Position numbers and translations under genes: made by a program
Shown: positions 22,565 to 34,400 of the stretch, piece after piece
Layout: each line of letters begins with the position of its first letter
Position numbering within the stretch: the stretch's first letter is position 1
Assembly: GCA_002269645.1 (NCBI GenBank)
Contig: NIVC01001006.1
Coordinates: 151,147 to 215,146, forward strand
Origin: Macrostomum lignano
Lineage: Eukaryota
Length of the DNA: 64,000 nucleotides
Direction: 5' to 3'
Notes under the pieces: generated by a model
Databases searched by the model: none
Seen by the model: only the letters and a program-made list of their open reading frames with translations
What the model was told of the DNA's origin: nothing

Positions 22565-24890
22565 ATGGAGCGCTGGCGCGGCAGCTTGGCGGTAGTGACG
22601 GGCGCCAGCAGCGGCATCGGGGCCGCCGTCTGCGAGGCCCTCCTTGGCCACGGCGTCAACGTGGTGGGCGTGGCCCGCTCGGCCGATGCCATGGAGAAGC
22701 TGGCGGCCGGCTGGTCGGAGCAGCATCCCGGAGCCAGGTGCGCAAATTGATAGTGGAGAAGTGTGGGATGAAGGAGTGGGTGTGGGGTGAAGGAGTGGGT
22801 GTGGGATGAAGGAGTGGGTGTGGGATGAAGGAGTGCGTGTGGGATGAAGGAGTGGGTGTGGGGTGAAGGAGTGGGTTTGGAATGAAGGAGTGGGTGTGGG
22901 ATGAAAGAAGGTGTGGGATGAATGAGTGGGTGGGATGAAGGATGAAGGAGTGGGTGGGATGAAAGAGTGGGTGTGGGATGAAAGAGTGGGTGTGGGATGA
23001 AGGAGTGGGTGTGGGATGAAGGAGCGGGTGTGGGATGAAAGAGTGGGTGTGGGATGAAGAAGTGAGTGTGGGATGAAGGAGTGGGTGTTGGATGAAGGAG
23101 TGGGTGTGGGATGAAGGAGTGGGTGTGGGATGAAGGAGTGGGTGGGATGAAGGATGAAGGAGTGGGTGGGATGAAGGATGAAGGAGTGGGTGGGATGAAG
23201 GATGAAGGATTGGGTGGGATGAAGGATGAAGGAGTGGGTGTGGGATGAAGGGGATTAAGAAGTGGGTGTGGGATGAAGGAGTGGGTGTGGGATGAAGGAG
23301 TGGGTGTGGGATGAAGGAGTGGGTGGGATGAAGGATGAAGGAGTGGGTGGGATGAAGGATGAAGGAGTGGGTGGGATGAAGGATGAAGGAGTGGGTGGGA
23401 TGAAGGATGAAGGATTGGGTGGGATGAAGGATGAAGGAGTGGGTGTGGGATGAAGGGGATTAAGAAGTGGGTGTGGGATGAAGGAGTGGGTGTGGGATGA
23501 AGGGGATTAAGAAGTGGGTGTGGGATGAAGGAGTGGGTGTTCCAGCCTGCTGATCCACTAAGCCGGCCGGCAATCCCCAGGTTCAGTCCGTTTCCCTGCG
23601 ACCTGTCCGACACTGCCCAGGTGGACTCGCTGATGCAGCGAGTGAAGGAGGCCCACGGCGACGCCTCAATCCTGGTGAACAACGCCGGTATGACGCGGCC
23701 GACCAGCCTGCTGCAGGGCAGCACCGCGGACTGGTCGCACATGCTGGCCGTCAACCTGCTGGCCGCCACTGCGCTGAGCCGCGACTTTCTGGCCGCCCTG
23801 CACGCCCGGAAGGCCGAACAGGTTTGTGACGGGTAGCCTGTGCGCCTTTGGTGTCCGAGATCGCAAAGGTTGTGTCTGAGATTCCCAAGGGTGTGTCCGA
23901 GATTCCCAAGGGTGTGTCCGAGATTCCTAAGGGTGTGTCCGGAATTCCCAAGGGTGTGTCCGAGATTCCCAAGGATGTGTCCGAGATTGCCTAGGGTGTG
24001 TCCAATATCCCTGAAGAATCCAAGATCCCAAGGTGTCTAAGATCCCAAGGTGTCCGAGACCCCAAGCTGTCTGAGATCCTGAGGTCCGAGATGATCTAGG
24101 GTGTCCGGGATCGCATGTTGTCCGAAAGTTAGGTATGCCCGAGTTTCCGTGGGCGTCCAAGATTCATTTGGGTATCCGAGATTGCGAGATTACTTAGGTG
24201 TTGGAGATGCACTATAAAATTCCACCATAGAGCCCGAGATTTCTCAGTGTCCAACAGTCTCTGAAATGTGTCCGGTAATTTCTCAAGCGTGTCCGAAAAT
24301 GTCCGGAATAGATAGACTCTCTAGTGTTGCTAAACTTTAACTACCAGCGCAATTTTTTAAGTTTGGAAGTTCATTCTAGGAGCAATACCACTGTTGCACA
24401 TTCTGTAGTCTGATGTACATCTGGGGCGAATGCTTTGTCCTCATATCTATCGACCGATATGTATCGAAAAAAGAAAATGTGACAGCCGCGCCCCTGTCCG
24501 CCATGCCGCCAGGGCCACGTGCTGAACATCGCCAGCCTGTCGGCCCACCGGGTTCCGGTTGCCATGGACACGGGGCCCAGCTTCGCCGAGCGCAACGGCC
24601 ACTTCTACTCAGCCACGAAGTTCGCCCTGCGCGCCGTGGCTGACGGCACCCGCCTGGAGCTGCGCGCCCTCGGCTCCCCGGCGCGCGTCACCAACATCAG
24701 CCCCGGCCTGGTTGACACGCCGTTCCACGCCAGTCTGACCACGCCCGGGCAGGCCGGCCGGCCGGGCGTCGCCGGTGTCCGCATGCTGCAGCCTGGCGAC
24801 GTGGCCGACGCCGTCGTGTTCGCGCTGACCGCGCCGCAGCGAATGCAAGTCGACGACGTCCTCGTGCGGCCGACCGACCAGCGGCTGTAA
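22565..24890 (+). CDS. DHRS11: Classical short-chain dehydrogenase/reductase, DHRS11-like; 3 exons
   Basis: Exons 22565-22737, 23581-23821, 24513-24890. MERWRGSLAVVTGASSGIG (Rossmann fold), LVNNAG, catalytic YSATK, VTNISPGLVDT. Confidence 0.85.
22760..23540. repeat. 19-bp minisatellite in SDR intron 1
   Basis: GGGTGTGGGATGAAGGAGT units. Confidence 0.95.
23870..24110. repeat. 21-bp minisatellite in SDR intron 2
   Basis: GTGTCCGAGATTCCCAAGGGT units that decay rightwards. Confidence 0.85.
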
Positions 24891-24997
24891 ATCGCTGGCG
24901 CAAATTTTACTACTGATTCACTTATGTTTGTACTGCTAGCAAGTAGTGCAGTTGGAACATGTCAGTTTATATTGATTAAAAGATTCATTTTTGATCG

Positions 24998-25003
24998 TTT
25001 ATT
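24998..25003 (-). terminator. Candidate poly(A) signal AATAAA of the glutamate receptor gene
   Basis: First minus-strand AATAAA seen downstream of the stop at 25473. Confidence 0.5.
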
Positions 25004-25026
25004 GATTTTTTAATTAAAAATCAGAC

Positions 25027-25032
25027 AATAAA
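25027..25032 (+). terminator. Candidate poly(A) signal AATAAA of the SDR gene
   Basis: First plus-strand AATAAA seen downstream of the stop at 24890. Confidence 0.55.
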
Positions 25033-25199
25033 ACCAACCTATAAAAGTCAATTCCGGATTTAATGGAAGGAGCTCAACAACCAGCTTGTCTACGATCGAG
25101 AATTGCGAGTGTATATTTTTTCAGTCGAATCCGTGCATTTCTACTTCTGTTAATGAGTAGCATCGATAGGCTTCAGTGCCTCCAGCTTGGTTTGCTCTG

Positions 25200-25420
25200 C
25201 CCCGCTGTCTCTCCCTCCCCGCTGTCTCTCCCTCCCCGCTGTCTCTCCCTCCCCGCTGTCTCTCCCTCCCCGCTGTCTCTCCCTCCCCGCTGTCTCTCCC
25301 TCCCCTGCTGTCTGCCCCCTCTCTCCCCGCTGTCTCCCTCTCTCTTCCCCTCTCTTCCCCTCATCCCCGCTGTCTCCCTCTCTCTTCCCCTCATCCCCGC
25401 TGTCTCCCTCTCTCTTCCCC
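25200..25420. repeat. C/T-rich minisatellite in the receptor 3' UTR
   Basis: CCCCGCTGTCTCTCCCT units. Confidence 0.9.
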
Positions 25421-25472
25421 TCTTTTCTTCGTTGTCTGCCTCTTTCTCCAGCCCATCGAGAGTCCCGCTGAG

Positions 25473-28400
25473 TCACTTCAAAAACCGCCGGCTGGCGCCG
25501 CCGTCGATGAGATCGCTGCTCTCGTGCGGGCACTCGACGGTCAGGCGGCCCCTGGTGGACAGGATCAGCATGTCGCGGGCCACCTCGCGGAAGCTGCGCT
25601 GCAGAACATGAAGCGGATGGGGTGGCGGTGGCGGCGGCTGAATGCAAATTACAGTAGCTACTGAATAGATTAACAAAAGTAGTGCCGACAGCATTTGCGC
25701 TTTATGGGGTCTTTCTTGGTCTGTTTTCAGTTCATAATTCCCTCTACCTTCTTGCGCTTAGCAAGCAGGGCGCAGCGGTAGCCGAACTCCAGCAGGGAGA
25801 GCACCACGCCGAAGGCGGTGCCGGCCACCAGGATGTAGAACAGGCCAGCCACGCTCTGCAGCTCCAGCGACTGCGCAGAGTTTTTCTGGGTGGGGGGGGA
25901 AAGAGATAGATTAGCTATCCATTCTATTCCTGCACCCATGATAGGCTAGATTAGCAATCCATTCTATTCCTGCACCCATGATAGGCTAGATTAGCAATCC
26001 ATTCTATTCCTGCACCCATGATAGGCTAGATTAGCAATCCATTCTATTCCTGCATCCATGATAGGCTAGATTAGCAATCCATTCTATTCCTGCACCCATG
26101 ATAGGCTAGATTAGCAATCCATTCTATTCCTGCATCCATGATAGGCTAGATTAGCAATCCATTCCATTCCTGCATCCATGATAGGCTAGATTAGCAATCC
26201 ATTCTATTCCTGCATCCATGATAGGCTAGATTAGCAATTCATGGCTCACCTTGGCGTCATCCTTCTCCTGGTTGGGGCAGGAGCCCTGCTTCTCGTACCA
26301 CCACTTGGTCTGCAGGGCGCTGATGTCGCCCTTCTCCTTGAGCTGCAGCACATTCAGGTTGATGGGGTCGCGCAGGTCGGAGCCGCTGGGCGTGGCGATG
26401 CCGTAGCCGCGGCCGCTTTCGAGGTTGCCGCCAACCTTCATGGTGCGGCAGTTCTGCTGCGAGTAGTACTCGTTCATTGTGCTCTCCAGCAGGAAGGCGT
26501 AGTCATTGTTGGAGTTGAGCACCCGGTTCACCCCCTCCTGGATGGTGTCCACAAACACGTTCGGGTTGGCCTCCATGAACTGCCACATGCGGCGGAAGTC
26601 CTGGCTTGTGGATTCCTGGGTGGTGGCGGCGGGCGGCTGGTTCCGACTGTGACTGGCCTTCGGGTTCCCGACTGCTGACACACAACGGATCACTTCTGAC
26701 ACACATGTGTCAAGCATGATAAATCAGAGTCACCCCTGACCCCTGCCATATCCACTCCTGACACAAGCATGCGGTCACTCCTGACACAAGCATGCGGTCA
26801 CTCCTGACACAAGCTTGCGGTCACTCCTGACACAAGCATGCGGTCATTCCTGACACAAGCATGCGGTCACTCCTGACACAAGCATGCGGTCACTCCTGAC
26901 ACAAGTATGCGGTCACTCCTGACACAAGCATGCGGTCATTCCTGACACAAGCATGCGGTCATTCCTGACACAAGCATGCGGTCATTCCTGACACAAGCAT
27001 GCGGTCATTCCTGACACAAGTATGCGGTCACTCCTGACACAAGCATGCGGTCACTCCTGACACAAGAATGCGGTCACTCCTGACACAAGTATGCGGTCAT
27101 TCCTGACACAAGCATGCGGTCACTCCTGACACAAGCATGCGGTCACTCCTGACACAAGCATGCGGTCACTCCTGACACAAGCATGCGGTCATTCCTGACA
27201 CAAGCATGCGGTCATTCCTGACACAAGCATGCGGTCATTCCTGACACAAGCATGCGGTCATTCCTGACACAAGTATGCGGTCACTCCTGACACAAGCATG
27301 CGGTCACTCCTGACACAAGCTTGCGGTCACTCCTGACACAAGCATGCGGTCACTCCTGACACAAGCATGCGGTCACTCCTGACACAAGCATGCGGTCACT
27401 CCTGACACAAGTATGCGGTCACTCCTGACACAAGCATGCGGTCATTCCTGACACAAGCATGCGGTCACTCCTGACACAAGCATGCGGTCATTCCTGACAC
27501 AAGCATGCGGTCATTCCTGACACAAGTATGCGGTCACTCCTGACACAAGCATGCGGTCACTCCTGACACAAGTATGCGGTCATTCCTGACACAAGCATGC
27601 GGTCACTCCTGACACAAGCATGCGGTCACTCCTGACACAAGCATGCGGTCACTCCTGACACAATTATGCGGTCACTCCTGACACACTGATATTGATGATA
27701 TCTCTGGAGCACTAATCCGCCGTATTTTCATTTCCCCAGGCTGCAATTTCACACCCGAAACCTCGAAGCCACGCCGGCTCACCCGGAAGAAGTCCTTGGA
27801 CGAGCCCGAGTTCACCACGCCGTACTTGATCTTGGTCTGCTTGGCCAGGTCCTCGTAGGACTGGATGGGGGTGGACATTCGCTCCACGGTCAGGAAGGCG
27901 GCCAGGTTGGCCGTGTACGAGCTAACGATGATCAGCGTGAAGAACCACCAGACGCTGCCGACGATCCTGCCCGACAGCGACCTCGGCGAGATGTCGCCAC
28001 CCTGCTGCATGAAGGCGCTTAAAGCGAACCACAGCGAGTTGAAGATGCTGAAATCGTTGATGACGCGACCTGGCGGGCCCCCCGACTCCTGGCTCATGTA
28101 CCACTCGTACGGGCTGAACCGGCTCACCACGAACAGCACCACGCTGACGCCCAAGTAGGCGAAGGCGATGCACATCCAGATCTCCATGGACAGCGGCTTC
28201 ATGAAGCCGAACCGGTCCGACTCCGCCTTGGTCGGGCGCAGGAACATCACGCTGAGCCCCACCTCCATGTAGGGCGTGGAGAAGTCCACCGCCTTCTCCC
28301 TCTTCGACGTGATGGTCAGCGGCGCCACGGCGATGTCCGCCTCCTGTTGGGGCAGGTTGGGATGGGATGGGCCCGGCTGCTAACGGCAGATCAAAGTGTT

Positions 28401-31400
28401 GCACTGAAAGCATAAAGTATGAAAAGTACTGTAATGCGCGTCACAAGCCTACTATTAGTAGGTTTGTCAAGTCGCGTTGCGGCTACTATTGGAGAGTCTT
28501 GAGAGTGACGAATGGAGTCCCTGAAGCCAGGCAAAGCCGAGCCGCGCCGCACGCACCTGTCTGTACAGCTCGCCGATCATGCCGTTCCACGTGCCGTTGT
28601 TGCTGTCGTCCCCGAAGTTTCCGTCCGCCACCGGCTTGATGACGTAATCAAAGCCGATCTTCCGGGCCAGCTGCTTGATGAAGTCGGCGCAGAATCCCGT
28701 AAATCGCTCGTTGCCGACCAGCGGCGTGCCGTCAAAGCTGGTGTTGCCGCGCAGCATCAGGAACGGCTCAGACAGGATGCTCGTCACCACCCGGGTCCGG
28801 TTGCTGAAGTTCAGGCGGAGGCCTTTCTTTCGCAGCTTGCTGCGGGTGATGCGGAAGCCGCCGTCACGTGACCACTCGCTGATCTGGAGAAGGCGGATCC
28901 GGTGACAGCTGGCTGATTCATCTGTCCGCTGGTTGACTTGTCACAGTACCGTGAATGCGTCAGTGGGTCAGGCAGTTTGTCAGGTCATTGTGTCAGCAGG
29001 TGTCATTCAAGGGAGCAGTCACTGTTTCAGTCAGCGTGTCATTTAGTGGGTCAAGTATTGTCAGTGTTTCAGGCAGTGTGTCAGGTAGTGGATCAGGCAG
29101 TGGGTCAGGCAGTGTGTCAGGCAGTGTATCAGGCAGTGTGTCAGGCAGTGTGTCAGGCAGTGTGTCAGTCAGTGGGTCATGGAGTGTGTCAGGCAGTGAT
29201 CTGTCAGTGGGTCAGGTAGTGTGTCAGGCAGTGTGTCAGGCAGTGGGTCATGGAGTGTGTCAGGCAGTGGTCTGTCAGTGGGTCAGGTAGTGGGTCAGTC
29301 AGTGGGTCAGGCAGTGGGTCAATCAGTGGGTCAATCAGTGGGTCATTCAGTGGGTCAGTCAGTGGGTCAGGCAGTGTGTCAGACAGTGGGTCAGTCAGTG
29401 GGTCAGTGAATGGGTCAGTCAGTTGCTCACGGGCAGCAGCTCGGACTTGACCCCGGCCTCGAACACCTGCACCCGGAAACGGTCCCGGTAGCCGGTCCTG
29501 TTGAACTCCACCCAGCCCGTTAGGCCTTCAAAACCAGCGCCGGCGCCGTGGCGGGCGCTTTTGATGGCGCCAGACAGGCTGGCAGCCGGGTAGGCGGGCG
29601 TCAGCGTCGGCAGGCAGTCGTCGGCCTGGCGGCGGGTCTGGCGGACTGCGGGCAGCTGCTCGTGCGCCCGGACCAGGGCCTCCATGCCGTCTAGCATCAG
29701 CGCGGCGGACAGCTGCGGCCGAGTGACGGTGGGAGTGTCTTTAGAGTGACGGTGGGAGTGTCTTTAGAGTGACGGTGGGAGTGTCTCTAGAGTGAAGGTG
29801 GGAGTGTCTTTAGAGTGAAGGTGGGAGTGTCTCTAGAGTGACGGTGGGAGTGTCTCTAGAGTGAAGGTGGGAGTGTCTTTAGAGTGAAGGTGGGAGTGTC
29901 TCTAGAGTGACGATGGAAGTGTCTCTAGAGTGAAGGTGGGAGTGTCTTTAGAGTGACGGTGGGAGTGTCTTTAGAGTGACGGCAGGAGTGTCTTTAGAGT
30001 GAGGGTGAGAGTGTCTCTAGAGTGACAAAAGAGGAGAGAGTTTTATGAGGACTAGTGAGATTAGGAGTGAGATCGTCTTTAGGGTGACAACAAGAGTGCC
30101 CTCAGAGTACGAGTAGCAGCGGGATCTCTGTGAAGTCACTGGACCTGCCGCGAAGCCTCACCGGCACGACCCCCTGCAAGTTGTCGAACTTCGTCGGCCA
30201 CCGCCTCAGCCGCTCCTCCTGGCTCCAGAACTCGTCGCGGAAGCGGCGAAATTTGGGATTTGAAGCGTTCAGCAGGGAGAATCCCGTGATGTTAACGCCG
30301 CCGTGACGGAAGGATGTCATATTCAGCTCGTTCATGTCCTGAGAGGTTATCGGGTGCATTTCAGATCCAAATCTGTTGGAAAAGGCAATCTGACAACTTG
30401 TATAAAAATATGCAGCCTCACCGATCCCATGATCAGGTAGTGGTAGTTGAACCGGCTGCTCCTGATCGATCGGATCTGCGAGAATGCGAGTGATTTCTAA
30501 GAAATTGAAACTTTGGTTCCTCGTGATTTTTAAGAAATCAACTCTGCTCTCATTGCTGTAAAAGTTTTCTAAGAAACCAATTTTTCCTAGCTTCCTAAAA
30601 AGCCAAAAGCGTTTATTTTAAGAAACTTCGTGTAAATTTCTAAGAAATCAAAATTTTGGAGAGCTTTCTACGAAACCAATACCCTGTACAGCTTTCTAAA
30701 AAACCAACATCTTGGAGAAATTTCTAAGAAACCAATATCCTGGAGAGATTTCTAAGAAACCAATATCCTGGAGAAATTTCTAAGAAACCAATATCCTGGA
30801 GAGATTTCTAAGAAACCAATGTCTTGCAGAACTTTCTCGAAGCCAATACCTGCCTAAGTTTCTAAGAAACCAATATCTTGGAGAGATTTCTAAGAAACAA
30901 ATATCTTGGCGAGATTTTTAAGAAACAAATATCTTGGAGAGATTTCTAAGAAACAAATATCTTGCAGAGATTTCTAAGAAACCAATATCCAGAAGAGATA
31001 TCTAAGAAACCAATATCTTAGAGAGATTTCTAATAAACCAATGCCTTGCCCAAGTTTCTAAGAAACTAATGCCTTGCTCAAGTTTCTAAGAAACCACTAT
31101 CTTGGAGAGATTTCTAAGAAACCAATGCTTTGCCCAAGTTTCCAAGAAACCAATATGTCCTCGAGTTTTCTTAAAAGCAAAATCTTGCAGAGCGTTCTAA
31201 GGAACCAATATTTTATTGAGTTTTCTAAGAATTCATTATCTTGTTAAGCTTCCTAAGTAGCCATAAGAGCACACACAGGTGTCTAAGAAATAAATCGACA
31301 CAAATGCTCAGCTATCACAGAAACCGACAACAGCCCGCAGCTTTCCATGAAATCAGTCAGCGCTACTGAAAGGTCAAGGATTGCCCAATTTTCCCAGCAA

Positions 31401-34400
31401 AGCCCTGGAACAGTTTCCATAAGCGGCCCCAACTAACCTCAGCAAAGAGTTTCCGCTGCAGTTCCTGATCGGAAACGTCTAGAAAGACTCGTTTCAGCGT
31501 CTCCTTGGACTTTTTATCGATATAGTTCAGTACGGTGGCCGCCGCGGCGCTCCTGTCGCTGTTGTCCGTCAGATCCCGGATGTCAGCGCTGATTGTGGCG
31601 TCCCGGTTGTTGTAGGCCTCGAATAGCTCGCGCAGGCGGAGCAGGGCTGCAGATTGGGGAGCGGATTGCGCCAGTCTGACTGGGAGAGGAGCCTTAGCGA
31701 CCAGGTGCCAGTTTGCGTGCGGCCTTAGCAACCGAATTTCATATTTGTGCGGCCTTAGCAACCGAATTTCAGATTTGTGCGGCCTTAGCAACCGAATGTC
31801 AGACTGTGTGTGGCCTTAGCAACCGAAATTTCAGATTGTGACCATATGATCGTCTCTAAACAGTAACTATAGCACTGTGAACTACTGTCTTAGCAACTGG
31901 TCTTAGCAACCGGCCTTAGCAACCGACTTAGCAACTGCATCTACGAAAGAGTGTTTCAAACGCTTTTGCGGAGAAGCTCTCCGAGGCATATCGCTCTGTC
32001 ACCATAGTGACAAATACTAATCCCATATGCTAGTTTAAGCTAAAAGTCTTCTTTGATGTTTTGCTCAGCGGCTCCGGTCCATCAGCGGAGCACCCGCAAG
32101 ACATTGCGATTCCCAGGGGACACCAAGGCGGCCTCTGTTTCCGCACAGACTCGAGCCAGTTTGCAGCAGTTTGCCTGCGCAGCCCCATGCTAATGAGGCT
32201 CCTGCTGTGCTGGAAGACTCGAATGCCTCTACGCTAATTTTTCCAATTGATTTTTCAGCTCATCAAGAATCTGGCATGCAGCTGGGACACTCAGATCTGT
32301 CCAGCTCCGCATATCTTAAAGAGACATCCCAGCGTACGAAAAGTACAATTCAAATCTCACATATGAACTCATGTATCCCAATTGGACACTGCATCATCCC
32401 AACCGGACACCGCATAATCCCAACCGGACACTGCATAATCCCAACCGGACACTGCATCATCACAACCGGACACTGCATAATCCCAACCGGACAATGCATC
32501 ATCACAACCGGACAATGCATCATCACAACCGGACACTGGATCATCCCAACTGGACACTGCATCATCCCAACCGGACACTGCATAATCCCAACCGGACACT
32601 GCATCATCCCAACCGGACACTGCATAATCCCAACCGGACACTGCATCATCCCAACCGGACACTGCATCATCCCAACCGGACAATGCATCATCACAACCGG
32701 ACACTCATCATTCCAACCGAACACTCATCATCACAACCGGACACTGCATAATCTTAACCGGACAATGCATATTCCCAACCGGACACTCATCATCACAACC
32801 GGACACTGCATCAACCCAACCGGACACTGCATCAACCCAACCCGACACTGCATAATCCCAACCGGACAATGCATCATCACAACCGGACAATGCATCATCA
32901 CAACCGGACACTGCATCATCACAACCGGACACTGCATCAACCCAACCCGACACTGCATAATCCCAACCGGACAATGCATCATCACAACCGGACAATGCAT
33001 CATCACAACCGGACACTCATCATCACAACCGGACACTGCATCATCCCAACCGGACACTGTATCATTCCAACTGGACACTGCATCATCCCAACCGGACACT
33101 GCATCATCCCAACCGGACACTGCATCATCCCAACCGGACACTGTCCAGTCCCAGCCCACCCAAACGGCTCACCGGACTGGCTGTCGTACAGGAAGAAGAA
33201 CCGCTCCCAGTTCTCATGGTCAATGATGGCAATGAGAGCCTGGGTGATGACCGGCTTCAGCCTGATGAGGAACTTGCCATGCACCCTGCTGCCTCCGCGG
33301 CCGCTGGAGCTTCCGCCGCCGCCGCTAGCTCTGCTGGCGCCTCCTCCGCTGCTCGTCTTTTGGCGCCGGTGCACAATCCTGTCCGGCTGCAGCTGATCAA
33401 CGAAGCTGTTGGTCAGGTACAGCACGGCCAGGTTGTCCGTCATCGACTGCACCATGGGCAGCGTCTTGTAGTGGGCCGGCCCGAATATGGCGAGAACGCC
33501 TCGCGACACCAGCCGGCAGACTGCAGCGGTTGTGGGGGGTGACAGGGGGCGACGCACTCGTACGCTCGAGGGTAACAGATAGTGACAGATAGTGACAGAT
33601 TGTGACAGATAGTGACAGATAGTGACAGATTGTGACAGATTACGCCAGATGAGACAGAGATTGATAGATAGTGACAGAGAGTAACAGATAGTGGCAGATA
33701 GTAAAAGTGTGACAAATAGTGACAGATAGTGATCGATGGTGACAGATAGTGACGAATAGTGACATAGGGTGACAGATAGTGACATATAGTTATAGATAGT
33801 GACAGATAGTGACATATAGTTATAGATCGTGACAGATAGTGACAAATTGTGACAGATTGTGACAGATAGTGACAGAGAGTGACAGAGGGTGACAGATCGT
33901 GACAGAGGGTGACAAAGGGTGACAGAGGTGGACATTGAGCGATACAAAATAGCATATCAGATGTGAAAGAGAGTGAAAGAGGGAAAGCGGTGTGCCGGCA
34001 GTGACTGAGTGAAAAGTGCTCAGCTACCGGCTTGAGCTGGCCCGAATCGAACTCCCCACCCAGCCGGTCAGCGGAGCCGCCCCGCCACTCACTGGCGCTG
34101 CTGATCTGAAACGAGTCCTCAGGATTTTCCACGAACTCGACGGCGGCCTCGTAGCGGTCCCGGCGGCCCCCCAGCGGCCCGAACCAGGAGAAGCTGGCGG
34201 GGCCGGCCAAGCGGTCGCCGCTGTCGCTACGCAAGCGGAGCTGCTCGATGGCGAAGTTGAAGGCAGCGTAGCTGGCAGACTGCAGGCTGCTGTTCTTGAA
34301 GATGCCGCCTGCGGTGGTTAGGGTGTGGGGATTCGTAGCTGCGGAGTGTGGGGATTCGTAGCTGTGGAGTGTGGGGATTCGTAGCTGTGGAGTGTGGGGA

